DNA from: a bacterium
GTDB lineage: Bacteria; Chloroflexota; Anaerolineae; Epilineales; Epilineaceae
NCBI GenBank assembly: GCA_003576755.1
Contig: QEVT01000003.1
Span: 1 to 60,942 of the forward strand
Length of the DNA: 60,942 bases
Direction of reading: 5' to 3'
Positions 1 to 10,224 of this stretch are shown one piece after another (positions within the stretch are counted from its first letter, which is position 1; every line of letters starts with the position of its first letter). The notes beneath the pieces are model-generated. The model was not told the DNA's origin, ran no database searches, and was given only the letters and a program-made list of their open reading frames with translations. The position numbers and the translations under genes were made by a program.

Positions 1-93
<93 letters not shown>

Positions 94-218
94 GGGAGCG
101 ACCATCGCGCGGCCATGCGCCGAGCGATGCACCTCCAACCTGTCGTACCCGATCCTCGCGATCGCTCTCGTCCTCTTTCCTGGTGTCAAGGAAGCCTCGG
201 CACAGGGGCATGTCTCGT

Positions 219-290
219 TGCGGGGTGGAGCAGTGGCAGCTCGTCGGGCTCATAACCCGAAGGTCACAGGTTCGAGTCCTGTCCCCGCTA
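219..290 (+). tRNA. tRNA-Met(CAT), initiator type; CCA not encoded
   Basis: Cloverleaf with GGG-CT-CAT-AA-CCC anticodon arm (three G:C pairs), unpaired 1:72 (T:T), GTTCGAGTCC T-arm. Confidence 0.95.
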
Positions 291-291
291 T

Positions 292-534
292 GATCACGGA
301 TGGACATGGATGGCGCGGATGTCACGGATGACGGGAGTGGGGTGAGGCGGTGGTGTTCGCCGTCGACCGATCCGCTCTCTTCGGATCCGGATTCCGCGCC
401 ATCCGTGCGCATGGCTCAGTGCGCCGTTCCCTGTCCTCTCTTGCCCACACCGCCTCCGCTGCCTTCCGGCCTTCCGTCGTCGCCGCCAGTCCCGCCTTCC
501 GTGTCCTCCGCGCCATCCGTGCCCGTCCGTGATC
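292..534. repeat. REP/MITE-like element bounded by 37-bp imperfect inverted repeats (292-328 / 498-534) with an internal 16-bp third copy (393-408)
   Basis: GATCACGGATGGACATGGATGGCGCGGATGTCACGGA matches the reverse complement of 498-534 at 32/37; built from ~9-nt CACGGATG-like units. Confidence 0.7.
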
Positions 535-1326
535 CTGGCGATCGACGTCGGCAACAGCCAGGTCACCCTCGGGCTCGGTGACGCGTCCGGCTGGCGCGCG
601 AGCTGGCGCCTGGCGACCGACGCGCGCCGCACGGCCGACGAGTACGGGGTCCAGCTCGCGGCGCTGCTGGCGCTCGACGGGTTCCCCATGCAGGCCGTCA
701 CGGACGCCGTGGTCAGCAGCGTGGTGCCGAGCGTCACCCCGGTGATCACGGCCACCTGCATGCGGCTGTTCGGGCAGCCGCCGCTGGTGATCGAGCCCGG
801 CACGCGGACCGGCATGCCGGTGCGCTACACGCCGCCCGGCACGCTCGGCACCGATCGGCTGATCGACGCGGTCGCCGCCGTTGCGCAGTTCGGTGCCCCG
901 GTGGTGGTGGTCGACTTCGGCACCGCGACCACGTTCAACGTCGTGGACGCGGACGGCGTGTTCATCGGCGGCGCGATCGCGCCCGGCGTCGGGGTATCGG
1001 CCGAGGCGCTCGCCCGAGCCGGCGCCCGGCTGAGCCGGATCGACCTCGGCCCGCCGGCGGACTTGCCGCCGCTCATCGGGCGCAACACCGAACAGGCCAT
1101 GCGCTCCGGCGTGCTGTACGGCTATGCCGGGATCGTCGAAGGGGTGTTGGGGCGCATCGACGCCGAGCTCGGGCCGACACCGACCGGGACACGCCCTCCC
1201 GTGGTTGCCACCGGCGGCATGGCCGCCCACGTCGCACCGCTGGTCGGGCGGTTCACGGCGATCGTGCCCGACCTCATCCTCGACGGGTTGCGGCTGGTCC
1301 TCGCGCGCCAGCGAGGCGTGCCGTGA
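529..1326 (+). CDS. coaX: Type III pantothenate kinase
   Basis: AIDVGNS, LGTDR, VDFGTATT, GGAIAPG, ATGG motifs; overlaps coaBC start. Confidence 0.93.
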   Translation: MILAIDVGNSQVTLGLGDASGWRASWRLATDARRTADEYGVQLAALLALDGFPMQAVTDAVVSSVVPSVTPVITATCMRLFGQPPLVIEPGTRTGMPVRYTPPGTLGTDRLIDAVAAVAQFGAPVVVVDFGTATTFNVVDADGVFIGGAIAPGVGVSAEALARAGARLSRIDLGPPADLPPLIGRNTEQAMRSGVLYGYAGIVEGVLGRIDAELGPTPTGTRPPVVATGGMAAHVAPLVGRFTAIVPDLILDGLRLVLARQRGVP

Positions 1327-2588
1327 CCTCGGCGAACGTGCCTCTCCAGGCGCCGGGCCACGACGGCGACGGCCTGTGCGGCCGGCGCATCGTGCTGGGC
1401 GTCTCGGGATCGATCGCGGCCTACAAGGCGCTGGCGATCGCCAGCGAGATGGCCGCTGCCGGGGCGCTCATCGACGTCGTCCTGACGGATGCCGCCGCCG
1501 CGCTCGTGACGCCGCTGGCATTCCAGGCGATCGTGCACCGACCGGTCGTCCACCGTCTGGGAGACCCTTCGGGCCCGATGGGCATGGACCACGTCGCCCA
1601 CGCCCACACGGCCGAGGCGCTGGTGGTGGCCCCGGCGACGGCGCACGTCATCGCGCGCCTGGCCCTGGGGCTGGCCGACGACGCGCTGACGACCACGGCG
1701 CTGGCGTGCCGGGCCCCGCTTGTCGTCGCCCCCGCCATGGAGCCCGACATGTGGACGCACCCCGCCACGCAGGCGCACGTGGCGACGTTGACGGCCCGCG
1801 GCGCCGTGTTCGTCGGCCCGGACGACGGGCGAATGGCTTCGGGCAAGCACGGCCAAGGGCGGCTGGCCGACCCTGCCGTCGTGGTGGACCACGTCCGGGC
1901 CGTGCTCGGGCACGGCGGGCCACTCACAGGGCGGAAGGTCGTGGTTTCGGCGGGACCCACCCGGGAACCCATAGATCCGGTGCGGTACCTGTCCAACCAT
2001 TCCAGCGGCCGGATGGGCTACGCCGTGGCGCGCGCCGTGCGCGACCGCGGCGCCGACGTCGTGCTCATCAGCGGGCCGGTCGACCTGGCACCGCCTGCGG
2101 CGATGACGGTGGTGGCGGTGGAGACAGCGCGCGACATGCTCGATGCCGTGCTGACACACGCCGCGACGGCCGACGCCGTGGTGATGTCTGCCGCTGTGGC
2201 GGACCACCGCCCGATCGAGGCCGCTGCCATCAAGCTCAAGCGCTCCGCCGCGGACCTGGCGTTGGCACTGACCCCCAACCCCGACATCCTCATCGCCCTG
2301 GGCGCCGAGTTCCCCCGATGGAGCGAGGACAAGCGCGGTCGCCCGTACGTGCGGGTCGGGTTCGCCGCCGAGACGCACGACCTGGTCGCGCACGCCCGCG
2401 ACAAGCTGGCACGCAAGAGCGTCGACCTCATCGTGGCCAACCCGGTTCCCGAAACGTTCGGCGGCCGCAACAGCAGCGCGACGTTCGTCACGCCCGACGC
2501 GGTCGCACCGCTGGGCGAGCGGAGCAAGGACGGCGTCGCAAGCGCCATCGCGGATTGGATTGCCCAGCGCCTCGCTGATATGCTTTGA
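1323..2588 (+). CDS. coaBC: Bifunctional phosphopantothenoylcysteine decarboxylase/ligase
   Basis: GVSGSIAAYK, APATA, AGPTREPIDPVRYLSNHSSGRMG, GFAAET motifs. Confidence 0.95.
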   Translation: MTSANVPLQAPGHDGDGLCGRRIVLGVSGSIAAYKALAIASEMAAAGALIDVVLTDAAAALVTPLAFQAIVHRPVVHRLGDPSGPMGMDHVAHAHTAEALVVAPATAHVIARLALGLADDALTTTALACRAPLVVAPAMEPDMWTHPATQAHVATLTARGAVFVGPDDGRMASGKHGQGRLADPAVVVDHVRAVLGHGGPLTGRKVVVSAGPTREPIDPVRYLSNHSSGRMGYAVARAVRDRGADVVLISGPVDLAPPAAMTVVAVETARDMLDAVLTHAATADAVVMSAAVADHRPIEAAAIKLKRSAADLALALTPNPDILIALGAEFPRWSEDKRGRPYVRVGFAAETHDLVAHARDKLARKSVDLIVANPVPETFGGRNSSATFVTPDAVAPLGERSKDGVASAIADWIAQRLADML

Positions 2589-2591
2589 CGC

Positions 2592-4943
2592 ATGCCGCCC
2601 GCATCGTCCTTCGACCGGGTCCGGCCATGGGTCGAGCGAGCACGCGGCGCGGCCCGGGCCGCTGCCGATCGCGCCGCGCCGTTGGCCGGCGCGCTGCGGC
2701 CCGTCGGGAATGACTTGGCGTTGCGCGTCCGCCCTGGCATGCGGGCCGCGCGCACGTGGCTCGCCGTACCCGCCAACCTGCGGCGCGTGGGGCGTGTGGC
2801 GCTGCCGCTCCTCGTCGGCGCCGGCCTGCTCCTCCCTCCGATCTCGCTGTGGACCCGCCTGACCACGCTGGGCTACGGCAAGCTCCGCCCCGGACAGGAT
2901 GCGTCGGTCGCCGCCGACATCGACGGCGTCTTCTTCGAAGCCCGCGGACGGAGCATCTATCGCGCCGCGCGCGTCGACGTGTCCGCCGCCGGCGGCATGC
3001 CCCGCGGCGTGGGGCCGCTGCCCGTCGGCCGCGTCCAACTGACGCCGGTGCTGACCCTCGACATCCGCGGCCCGGCGCCGCGTGAAGCATGGATCGCGGC
3101 CCTGGTCGACGTCGGACCGGGCGGGCAGGCGTTCGTCGATCCGTACGGATGGGACGGCCAGGCCTGGCAATGGCTCCCGTTCCAGTTCGACGTCGCCAAC
3201 CGCATCCGGGTGCGCCTGCCGCTGCAGCGCTTCGTACCCCGCCACATCGTCATCACCCAGGCGGCGCGCGGAGCCACCGAGGTTTCGGCCGGCCTCTTGC
3301 CGCCCCCGGCCGCCCCGCCCGCCGCCATCGCGGAGATCCCGATCCTCGAGATGCGCGCCTACGGCATCGAGACGGACGACGGGCACGTCGTCGGGCAGCG
3401 GTTCCCGATCCCATCCCGCCGGGCACGGGTCTACGGCGTCGTCGACAACCTCGAGGGGCTGCGGGTGCGCAGCGACCTCGTCAACAACCTGCTGATGCAG
3501 CGCGAGGCGCGGCAGCGGCATCGCGACGCCCTCGTCAACCTCGTCCGCCGCGACGGGCTCGCCGGCATCGTGCTGGACTACCGCGGCATCGACGGCATGC
3601 TGCAGTCGGTCTACGCGGACTGGCTGAGGCGGCTGTCGTCCGACGTGCACCGGGCCGGCGGCGAGGTGTTCGTCACCGTGCCGATGCCCCGCCGCACGAG
3701 CACGGCCTGGGACGGCAGCCCGTACGCGTGGCATCTGCTGGCGCCCGAGGTCGACGGCGTCCGCGTGCTCCTGCCGATCGATGCCCCTCTGGAGACCGAA
3801 GCGCTGGATGCCATGGTCCGCTGGGCCCTCGGCTCGGTGCCGCGCGACAAGCTGCAGCTCGCGCTGCCCGTCCAGGGGCGCGACATCGTCGACGACACGG
3901 TCGCGCTCATCGGCTATGGCGATGCCCTGGCCAAGATCCTCGACATGGCGCGCTCGGACGCGCCCGGGCGCATCGACCCCGACGCCACGTCGGTCGTCGA
4001 GCTGCCGACCCTGCGGGCCGCGCAGCTCGGGCGAGATCCCGCCACCGGCATGTGGCGGTTCTACTATTGGGACGACAACCGGCGGCAGCACACCGTATGG
4101 CTCAACGATGCCGCCGGGCTCCAGCCGGCCTTCGAGATCGCCCGGACGTTTCACCTGAGCCGGATCGTCCTCGACGGCGTCGAAGCCGGCCTCGATCCGA
4201 ACCTCTGGCAGATGACCCAGGCGTTCATCGCCGACGGCGGGGCGGTGGCCCCCGCCGTCGACTATCACCTGCGGTGGCAGCTCGTCGACCAGGATGGCCA
4301 GGTCGTGCAGCAGGCCAGCCAATCGCTCGACCTGACCGCGTTCGAGCTCAAGGCGCCGAGCCGGCAGGGCATCTACCGCCTCAGCGTCAACCTCGTCACC
4401 ACCGACGATCGACTGGCCGCCGTCGGCGCATCCTCGGAGGTCAACATCGCCCCTGCGCCGCCTGTGGCAAGGGCCACACCCAACGTGCTGATCATCGTGC
4501 CCACACCGATGCCGGTCATCACGGCGCCGGCGCCCGCCGACGAGAGCCGGATCGACCGTGCGCCGGTGCGCATCGAGGACACGCCGTTGGAGGCCACCGC
4601 CGAGGCCGGGGCGCGCGTGGCGGCGGCCGAGGCGCCGTTGCGCTCAGAGCCGAGCGTGGACGGCGACATCCTCTCGACGCTGCGCATCGGCGAGTCGCTC
4701 GAGGTGATCGGCGAATCGCCGGACGGCGACTGGCTCGAGGTCAAGGTCATCGCCACCGGCATCCAGGGCTGGGTGCTCGGCGAGCTCATCGCGCTCGGCG
4801 GGGCCGCGTCCGACACGGGCGCCCTTCCGGACGACGCCCCGGCCGGCCGGACCGGCGCGGTGGGCACCGCGGAGCCGGCGCCCACCGCCCGCGCGACCGC
4901 GTCCCCTACCCCCGGTGGGCGCTCGGGAGATAGACCCGGCTGA
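2592..4943 (+). CDS. Membrane-anchored GH18-like TIM-barrel protein with C-terminal SH3b domain (probably non-catalytic)
   Basis: N-terminal hydrophobic segment; 'DGLAGIVLDYRG' at the GH18 DxxDxDxE site; 'VPRDKLQLALP' and 'HTVWLNDA' typical of GH18 spore-hydrolase-like proteins; 'LRSEPS...GDWLEV...GWV' SH3b. Confidence 0.6.
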   Translation: MPPASSFDRVRPWVERARGAARAAADRAAPLAGALRPVGNDLALRVRPGMRAARTWLAVPANLRRVGRVALPLLVGAGLLLPPISLWTRLTTLGYGKLRPGQDASVAADIDGVFFEARGRSIYRAARVDVSAAGGMPRGVGPLPVGRVQLTPVLTLDIRGPAPREAWIAALVDVGPGGQAFVDPYGWDGQAWQWLPFQFDVANRIRVRLPLQRFVPRHIVITQAARGATEVSAGLLPPPAAPPAAIAEIPILEMRAYGIETDDGHVVGQRFPIPSRRARVYGVVDNLEGLRVRSDLVNNLLMQREARQRHRDALVNLVRRDGLAGIVLDYRGIDGMLQSVYADWLRRLSSDVHRAGGEVFVTVPMPRRTSTAWDGSPYAWHLLAPEVDGVRVLLPIDAPLETEALDAMVRWALGSVPRDKLQLALPVQGRDIVDDTVALIGYGDALAKILDMARSDAPGRIDPDATSVVELPTLRAAQLGRDPATGMWRFYYWDDNRRQHTVWLNDAAGLQPAFEIARTFHLSRIVLDGVEAGLDPNLWQMTQAFIADGGAVAPAVDYHLRWQLVDQDGQVVQQASQSLDLTAFELKAPSRQGIYRLSVNLVTTDDRLAAVGASSEVNIAPAPPVARATPNVLIIVPTPMPVITAPAPADESRIDRAPVRIEDTPLEATAEAGARVAAAEAPLRSEPSVDGDILSTLRIGESLEVIGESPDGDWLEVKVIATGIQGWVLGELIALGGAASDTGALPDDAPAGRTGAVGTAEPAPTARATASPTPGGRSGDRPG

Positions 4944-6744
4944 CGCGTTCGACGATCCGGATGCGCAGGTCGAGCTTGACCGTCGGCGAGGCCGCCTGCA
5001 TGGCCGGGTTGTCGCGGTTCACCGCGCGCAGGACCACCGTAGGGGTGACCGAGCTGCCGGCCATCAGCGCGCCCCGGTCGCGCCGCATGCCATCGACGTC
5101 GACCTGCAGGCTCATCAGCGAGCTTGCGCCGGGGATCTGCGGCAGCGGCGTGCCCGTCAACCACGCTTCGTCGGACACCACTTCCCAGTTTCCCTGATTG
5201 AGGTGCGGGTTGCTGAGGAGCGCACGCGTCGACACCTCGGTGCCGTCGATCATCTGCTCCACCGGGTTGGGGGTCACGCGCATCACCCACGGCATGTTCT
5301 CGACCGCACGCTCGAAGTCCACGGCGCCGCATCCGAAGCGGTCGTTGCGGGGATAGCCGTGAGCGGTGCGGCCGTCGAACGCCGGCACCAGCGGCGGCAG
5401 CGACCGGTTGGCCGTCTCGCACAGCTTGTCCTCGATGTCCCAGACCGAGAGCGTCGGGTTGAGCGATCGCATGACCGCCACCACCCCGGCAACGTGGGCG
5501 GCGGCCAGCTCCGAGGGCACGCGGAACGCGCTGTTGATCTCCTTGTACTCACCGTCGGCGGTCAACCAGGTCGTCGAGAAGTCCTCGCCAGGCGCGGCGA
5601 TGTCGACCCAGTCCCCCCAGCTGGCATACGGTCGCATCTGGTACTGCGAGGCGAACGACTGGACCCCGATGACGTCGTCGAACGCCGCGGGGAACGCCGG
5701 TGGGTTGACGCCAAAGGTGTTCTTGTCGGGGCAGAACCACGCGGCCTGGCCGCACTCGCCGGCGCCGGCGACCACCGGCACGCCCTTGCGGCGCGCATAG
5801 GTGATGGCGTCCTGCATCCGCTGCAGGCCTGCGCTCGCGCCGTCGCGGTTGTAGAGCATGAAGCCGCCGATGACGATCACCTGCGCGCCGTTGTTCGCCG
5901 CGTAGCAGATCGCCCGGTTCAGGTACTCGCGCCGTCCGCCGATGCCCCAGTAGCCACCGTTGTGGTCGGGGTCGAGCTGCGGGTCCGGCCCAGGCAGCGG
6001 CACCCAAGCCCGGTACACGATCTTGAGCGGCATGATCCGGGCCCGCCACGACACCCCGGCGATCCCCCGGCCGTTGTTGGTCTCGGCCGCGGCGATGCCC
6101 GCCATGGCCGTTCCGCTCGGCGGCGCCGGAACGTCGAGCTGCGAAGGCGGCACCGGATTCGGATCGGCGTCGTCTGCGCCGAAGTCCCACCCGGCAACGT
6201 CGTCGACGAAGCCGTTCCGGTCGTCGTCGACCCCGTTGCCCGGCACCTCACCGGGATTCCGCCAGATCTTGCCCGCGAGGTCGGGGTGCGCGGTCTCGAC
6301 CCCGTCGGCGATGATCGCGATCGCCACATCGTCGCTGCCGAAGCTCGTTTCCCAAGCTTGCAGGGCGCCGATGGTCTGAAGGCTGGCCCGCTGGTATCGC
6401 CAGCGGAACAGCGTGTCGTTGGGCTGCGTGATGGACTGGATGCCGGCATCCAAGGGTCCGTCGTCGCCATCCACCGCGTCGAACGCGGCGGGTCCGTCCC
6501 CGCTCCCACCATCCACCCCGGTAGCGGGCGCCGGGGCTGCGGTGAAGGTATCGCTACGGCGAGCATCGCCCTGCTCCAGCCAGCCGGGCGAGCACACCGC
6601 GTCGTCGGTCGCCGACGGCGCGCCTCCCGGGGTCTCCGCCATCACCGTGGTCAGCGACAGCGCCAATAGGGTGCCCGCGCCGGCGGCGACCATGCGCCGG
6701 CCCGGGATCGACAAACCGCCAAACAAGCTCTCAACACACGACAT
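4906..6744 (-). CDS. Secreted S8 (subtilase) family protein with degenerate catalytic triad; C-terminal YLP tag
   Basis: AGAGGA SD before ATG 6744; signal peptide; HPDL, 'NPGEVPGNGVDDDRNGFVDDVAGWDF', 'NNGRGIAGV', 'VDIAAPG' subtilase hallmarks. Confidence 0.85.
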   Translation of the reverse strand: MSCVESLFGGLSIPGRRMVAAGAGTLLALSLTTVMAETPGGAPSATDDAVCSPGWLEQGDARRSDTFTAAPAPATGVDGGSGDGPAAFDAVDGDDGPLDAGIQSITQPNDTLFRWRYQRASLQTIGALQAWETSFGSDDVAIAIIADGVETAHPDLAGKIWRNPGEVPGNGVDDDRNGFVDDVAGWDFGADDADPNPVPPSQLDVPAPPSGTAMAGIAAAETNNGRGIAGVSWRARIMPLKIVYRAWVPLPGPDPQLDPDHNGGYWGIGGRREYLNRAICYAANNGAQVIVIGGFMLYNRDGASAGLQRMQDAITYARRKGVPVVAGAGECGQAAWFCPDKNTFGVNPPAFPAAFDDVIGVQSFASQYQMRPYASWGDWVDIAAPGEDFSTTWLTADGEYKEINSAFRVPSELAAAHVAGVVAVMRSLNPTLSVWDIEDKLCETANRSLPPLVPAFDGRTAHGYPRNDRFGCGAVDFERAVENMPWVMRVTPNPVEQMIDGTEVSTRALLSNPHLNQGNWEVVSDEAWLTGTPLPQIPGASSLMSLQVDVDGMRRDRGALMAGSSVTPTVVLRAVNRDNPAMQAASPTVKLDLRIRIVERVSRVYLPSAHRG

Positions 6745-7071
6745 GCAGGCGTCCTCTGGTAGAAACGGATCGCACGGGGGTGAAAGGTCACAGGGGGCGT
6801 GCTTCGGTCGGCAATCCATAGTACTAGACGCGACCCGCCGGCGATTGGATACGCCGGGATACGCCGGTGGCCGCACGGAGTTAACACGCACGCACGCGAT
6901 CACACGCGGCCGGCCGGTGCGCCAACGATCGTGTCGACCGGCGCCGCGTGCGGGCCGCCGCCGGGCTGGCGCCAGGGGCCGTTCTGTGCTAACGTGTCCC
7001 GCCGCGCGGCGCGAGGACGCCGCGGGCGGGGCCGGCGTCCCGATCCGTTCAGACACCGTCAGAGGCCTGCT

Positions 7072-7857
7072 GTGAACACCGTCGTGCTGATCAAACAAGT
7101 GCCCGACACGGCGACGCGCATTCAGGACCGCACGGCCAAGGGCCGGGTCGACCTGAGCGGCGTCACGTGGGTCGTCAACCCCTACGACGAGTATGCGGTC
7201 GAGGAAGCGCTGAGGATCAAGGCCGCCCACGGCGGCACGGTCACCCTGATCGCGCTCGGGCCCGAGCGCGTCGCCAGCGCGCTCAAGGACATGCTGGCGC
7301 TCGGCGCCGACGAGGCCGTGCAGATCGTCGACCCGGCTTTCGACGACCTCGGCGCGCAGGGCACCGCGGCGGTGCTCGCCGCCGCCATCGGCAAGCTCCC
7401 CGCACCCCCCGATATGATCTGGGCCGGGTGGAAGGGCGTCGACGACGACCAGGGGCTCGTGCCGATCTACCTCGCGCATGCCCTCGGCCTGCCACACGTG
7501 TCGTTCGTCGTCCAGGTCGCCATCGACGGCGGCCGGGCGATCGTCCAGCGCGAGGTCGAAGGCGGCAAGGAAACCGTTACCACGCCGCTGCCGGCCGTGT
7601 TCACCGCGCAAAAGGGCCTGAACGAGGTGCGCTACGCCAGCTTGAAGGGGATCATGGCGGTCAAGCGCAAGGAGATCCCGGCGTGGGACGCGGCGGCGAT
7701 CGGCGTCGATCCGGCCTCGATCGCCCCGAGGGCGGTCGAGACCACCGAGATCACGCCGCCCCCGGAACGGCCGTCCGGTCGAATCCTGGGAGGCGCCCCG
7801 TCCGATGCGGCCCGCGAGCTCGTGCGGCTCCTGCACGAAGAGGCAAAGGTGATCTGA
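7072..7857 (+). CDS. etfB: Electron transfer flavoprotein beta subunit
   Basis: IKQVPD, NPYDEYAVEEAL, LNEVRYASLKGIM motifs; GTG start. Confidence 0.93.
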   Translation: MNTVVLIKQVPDTATRIQDRTAKGRVDLSGVTWVVNPYDEYAVEEALRIKAAHGGTVTLIALGPERVASALKDMLALGADEAVQIVDPAFDDLGAQGTAAVLAAAIGKLPAPPDMIWAGWKGVDDDQGLVPIYLAHALGLPHVSFVVQVAIDGGRAIVQREVEGGKETVTTPLPAVFTAQKGLNEVRYASLKGIMAVKRKEIPAWDAAAIGVDPASIAPRAVETTEITPPPERPSGRILGGAPSDAARELVRLLHEEAKVI

Positions 7858-8825
7858 TGCATATCTGGGTGCTGGCCGAGGCGCGGGACGGGCAGGTCAA
7901 GCGCATCTCGTACGAGCTGGTGACGGCGGCGCGCGCGCTGGATGACAGCGCCGACGTCACCGCCGTGCTGGTCGGATCCGGCGTCGGTCCGTTGGCGGGC
8001 GATCTCGCCGCGCACGGGGCCGACCGCGTGCTGCTGGTCGACGATGTGCGGGCCGCGCAGTACTCCCCCGACGGATGGGGCAACCTGCTGGCGCGGTTGG
8101 CGCGCGAGGATCGGCCCGACGTCATCCTGGGCGGTGCCACGGCGCGCGGGCGGGACCTGACCCCGCGGATCGCCGCCGGCCTCGGTGTCGGCGTGGCGTC
8201 GGATGCGGTCGAGGTCGGCATGGCAGCGGGCCGCTTGACGGCCGTCCGCCCGATCTACGCCGGCAAGGCGCTGGCCCGCGTCGTGGTGCACAGCGACCCC
8301 CAGATCGCGACGATCCGCCCGAACAGCTATCCGCCGTGCGAGAGGCCGGCGGCCGGGACCGTCGTGGCGGCCGACGCGGGCGACTACGTGGCCGGCGCCG
8401 TCGTCACCCACCTCGAGGCCGCGGCTTCCACGCGACCCGACGTCGCCGAGGCCGACATCATCGTCAGCGGCGGGCGCGGGATGGCGGGTCCCGAGCACTT
8501 CGCGCTCATCGAGGCGCTGGCCGACACGCTCGGGGCGGCCGTCGGCGCCAGCCGTGCGGTCGTGGATGCCGGCTGGCGCCCCCACGGCGACCAGGTCGGC
8601 CAGACCGGCAAGACCGTCTCGCCGTCGCTCTACATCGCGTGCGGCATCAGTGGCGCGGTCCAGCACCTGGCAGGCATGAAGACCTCGAAGTACATCGTCG
8701 CCATCAACAAGGATCCAGAGGCGCCCATCTTTTCGGTGGCCGACTACGGGATCGTCGGCGACGTTTTCGAGGTCGTCCCCGCCGTCACCGAGGCCGTCCG
8801 GGCGCTGCGCGCGGCCAACGGTTGA
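7857..8825 (+). CDS. etfA: Electron transfer flavoprotein alpha subunit
   Basis: [40 protein letters not shown] motifs; TGATG coupling to etfB. Confidence 0.95.
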   Translation: MHIWVLAEARDGQVKRISYELVTAARALDDSADVTAVLVGSGVGPLAGDLAAHGADRVLLVDDVRAAQYSPDGWGNLLARLAREDRPDVILGGATARGRDLTPRIAAGLGVGVASDAVEVGMAAGRLTAVRPIYAGKALARVVVHSDPQIATIRPNSYPPCERPAAGTVVAADAGDYVAGAVVTHLEAAASTRPDVAEADIIVSGGRGMAGPEHFALIEALADTLGAAVGASRAVVDAGWRPHGDQVGQTGKTVSPSLYIACGISGAVQHLAGMKTSKYIVAINKDPEAPIFSVADYGIVGDVFEVVPAVTEAVRALRAANG

Positions 8826-8848
8826 GGGCCGGGTGGACGGTTCGTAGG

Positions 8849-9586
8849 ATGACGGGGTTGAGGCGCTCTTGCGCCGGCCTGGGCTTGGCGGTGCTGGCCG
8901 GTGTGGCGATGGCGGTGCCGACGCCCACGCTGGCCCAGCCGGGCTGCGGCAACGTCGCCCTGCGCTCCCCCTACCGGGGCGAGGTGGTCCAAGGCGCTGT
9001 CGCGATCCTCGGCAGCGCCCGGATCGAACGCTTCCAGTTCTATAAGCTGGAGTGGGCGCCGGTGGACGACGGCGAGCGTTGGAGCGCCGTGAGCGACACG
9101 GTCGATCAGCCGATGGTCAACGGCCTCCTGGACATGTGGGACACCACGGGCTTGCCCGACGGCGCGTACCGCCTGAAGCTCACGGTCGTCGACACCGACT
9201 ACCAGGAACGCTGTCGGGTCACCGTGGAGAACGTCGTCGTCGCCAACATCGGCACGCCAGCCGCCACCGAAACCCCCACGGCCACCGTCACGCCGGAGCC
9301 CTCGGCCGCGCCGACCGACATGCCGACCGACATGCCGACCGACGCGCCGGCCGAGATCACGGCCGGCGCGCCCGACGCAGCCGCAACGGCCGTGGAGCGC
9401 GCCGGGGACGACGGGGGCGAGGCCGCGGGGTCGGCCCCCACGCTCCAGCCGGTGGCCATGGAACCGCTCGATGCGCCGGCCGACACGGGCCTCGGCATCG
9501 GCGCGTTGGCCGCGGCGTTCGCGACCGGCTTCGCCGGCGCCCTCGGGCTGGCCGCCGTCGCGTGGTACGCCCTGGCGCGGAAGTAG
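8849..9586 (+). CDS. Secreted/membrane-anchored protein: signal peptide, Ig-like beta domain, P/T linker, C-terminal TM helix
   Basis: Hydrophobic N-terminus, 'WDTTGLPDGAYRLKLTVVD', PTDM repeats, C-terminal TM + RK. Confidence 0.7.
   Translation: MTGLRRSCAGLGLAVLAGVAMAVPTPTLAQPGCGNVALRSPYRGEVVQGAVAILGSARIERFQFYKLEWAPVDDGERWSAVSDTVDQPMVNGLLDMWDTTGLPDGAYRLKLTVVDTDYQERCRVTVENVVVANIGTPAATETPTATVTPEPSAAPTDMPTDMPTDAPAEITAGAPDAAATAVERAGDDGGEAAGSAPTLQPVAMEPLDAPADTGLGIGALAAAFATGFAGALGLAAVAWYALARK
9311..9343 (+). repeat. 12-bp coding tandem repeat (CCGACCGACATG) x~2.75
   Basis: ccgaccgacatg ccgaccgacatg ccgaccgac, encoding PTDM-PTDM-PTD. Confidence 0.8.
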
Positions 9587-9589
9587 CCC

Positions 9590-10213
9590 ATGCGCGGCTG
9601 GCCCCTCGCGGTGCGTCGCGACCCCGCGCGCGACAGCGAGCCCGCAGGCTGGCTGGTGGTCGGGCTCGGCAACCCCGGTGCGCGGTATGCTGACACCCGC
9701 CACAACGTCGGCCGCCGCGTCGTCGAACGACTGGCGCACCGCCATGGGGCGACGCTGACCGACGCCAAGTTCAACGCGCGCTTCGGTCGAATCGACCTCG
9801 GTGGGCAGCGTGTGTGCCTCTGTGCGCCGATGACCTACATGAACGAGTCCGGGCGCGCCGTGGTGCCGCTGGCGGGCTTCTTCAAGATCCCCCCGGAGCG
9901 TGTCCTGGTGGTCTACGACGACCTCGACCTGCCGTTTGGCCAGATCCGGGTGCGGGCCGACGGCGGCGCAGGCGGGCACAACGGCATGCACAGCCTGATC
10001 GGGGCGTTCGGGACACCCGCGTTTCCCCGCGTCCGCATCGGCATCGGCCGCCCTCCTCCCGGCTGGGACGCGGCCGACTTCGTGCTGGCACGCTTCGGCA
10101 GCGACGAGGCGCCGCGCGTCGACGTCACGGTCGACGAGGCGGCGGACATCGTCGAGGCGGTGGTCCGGGACGGCGTCGACGCGGCGATGAACACCTTCAA
10201 CCGCCGCGCGTGA
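9590..10213 (+). CDS. pth: Peptidyl-tRNA hydrolase
   Basis: VGLGNPG, TRHNVG, TYMNESG, YDDLD, GGHNG, RIGIGRP. Confidence 0.96.
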   Translation: MRGWPLAVRRDPARDSEPAGWLVVGLGNPGARYADTRHNVGRRVVERLAHRHGATLTDAKFNARFGRIDLGGQRVCLCAPMTYMNESGRAVVPLAGFFKIPPERVLVVYDDLDLPFGQIRVRADGGAGGHNGMHSLIGAFGTPAFPRVRIGIGRPPPGWDAADFVLARFGSDEAPRVDVTVDEAADIVEAVVRDGVDAAMNTFNRRA

Positions 10214-10224
10214 GGCACAGGGCG

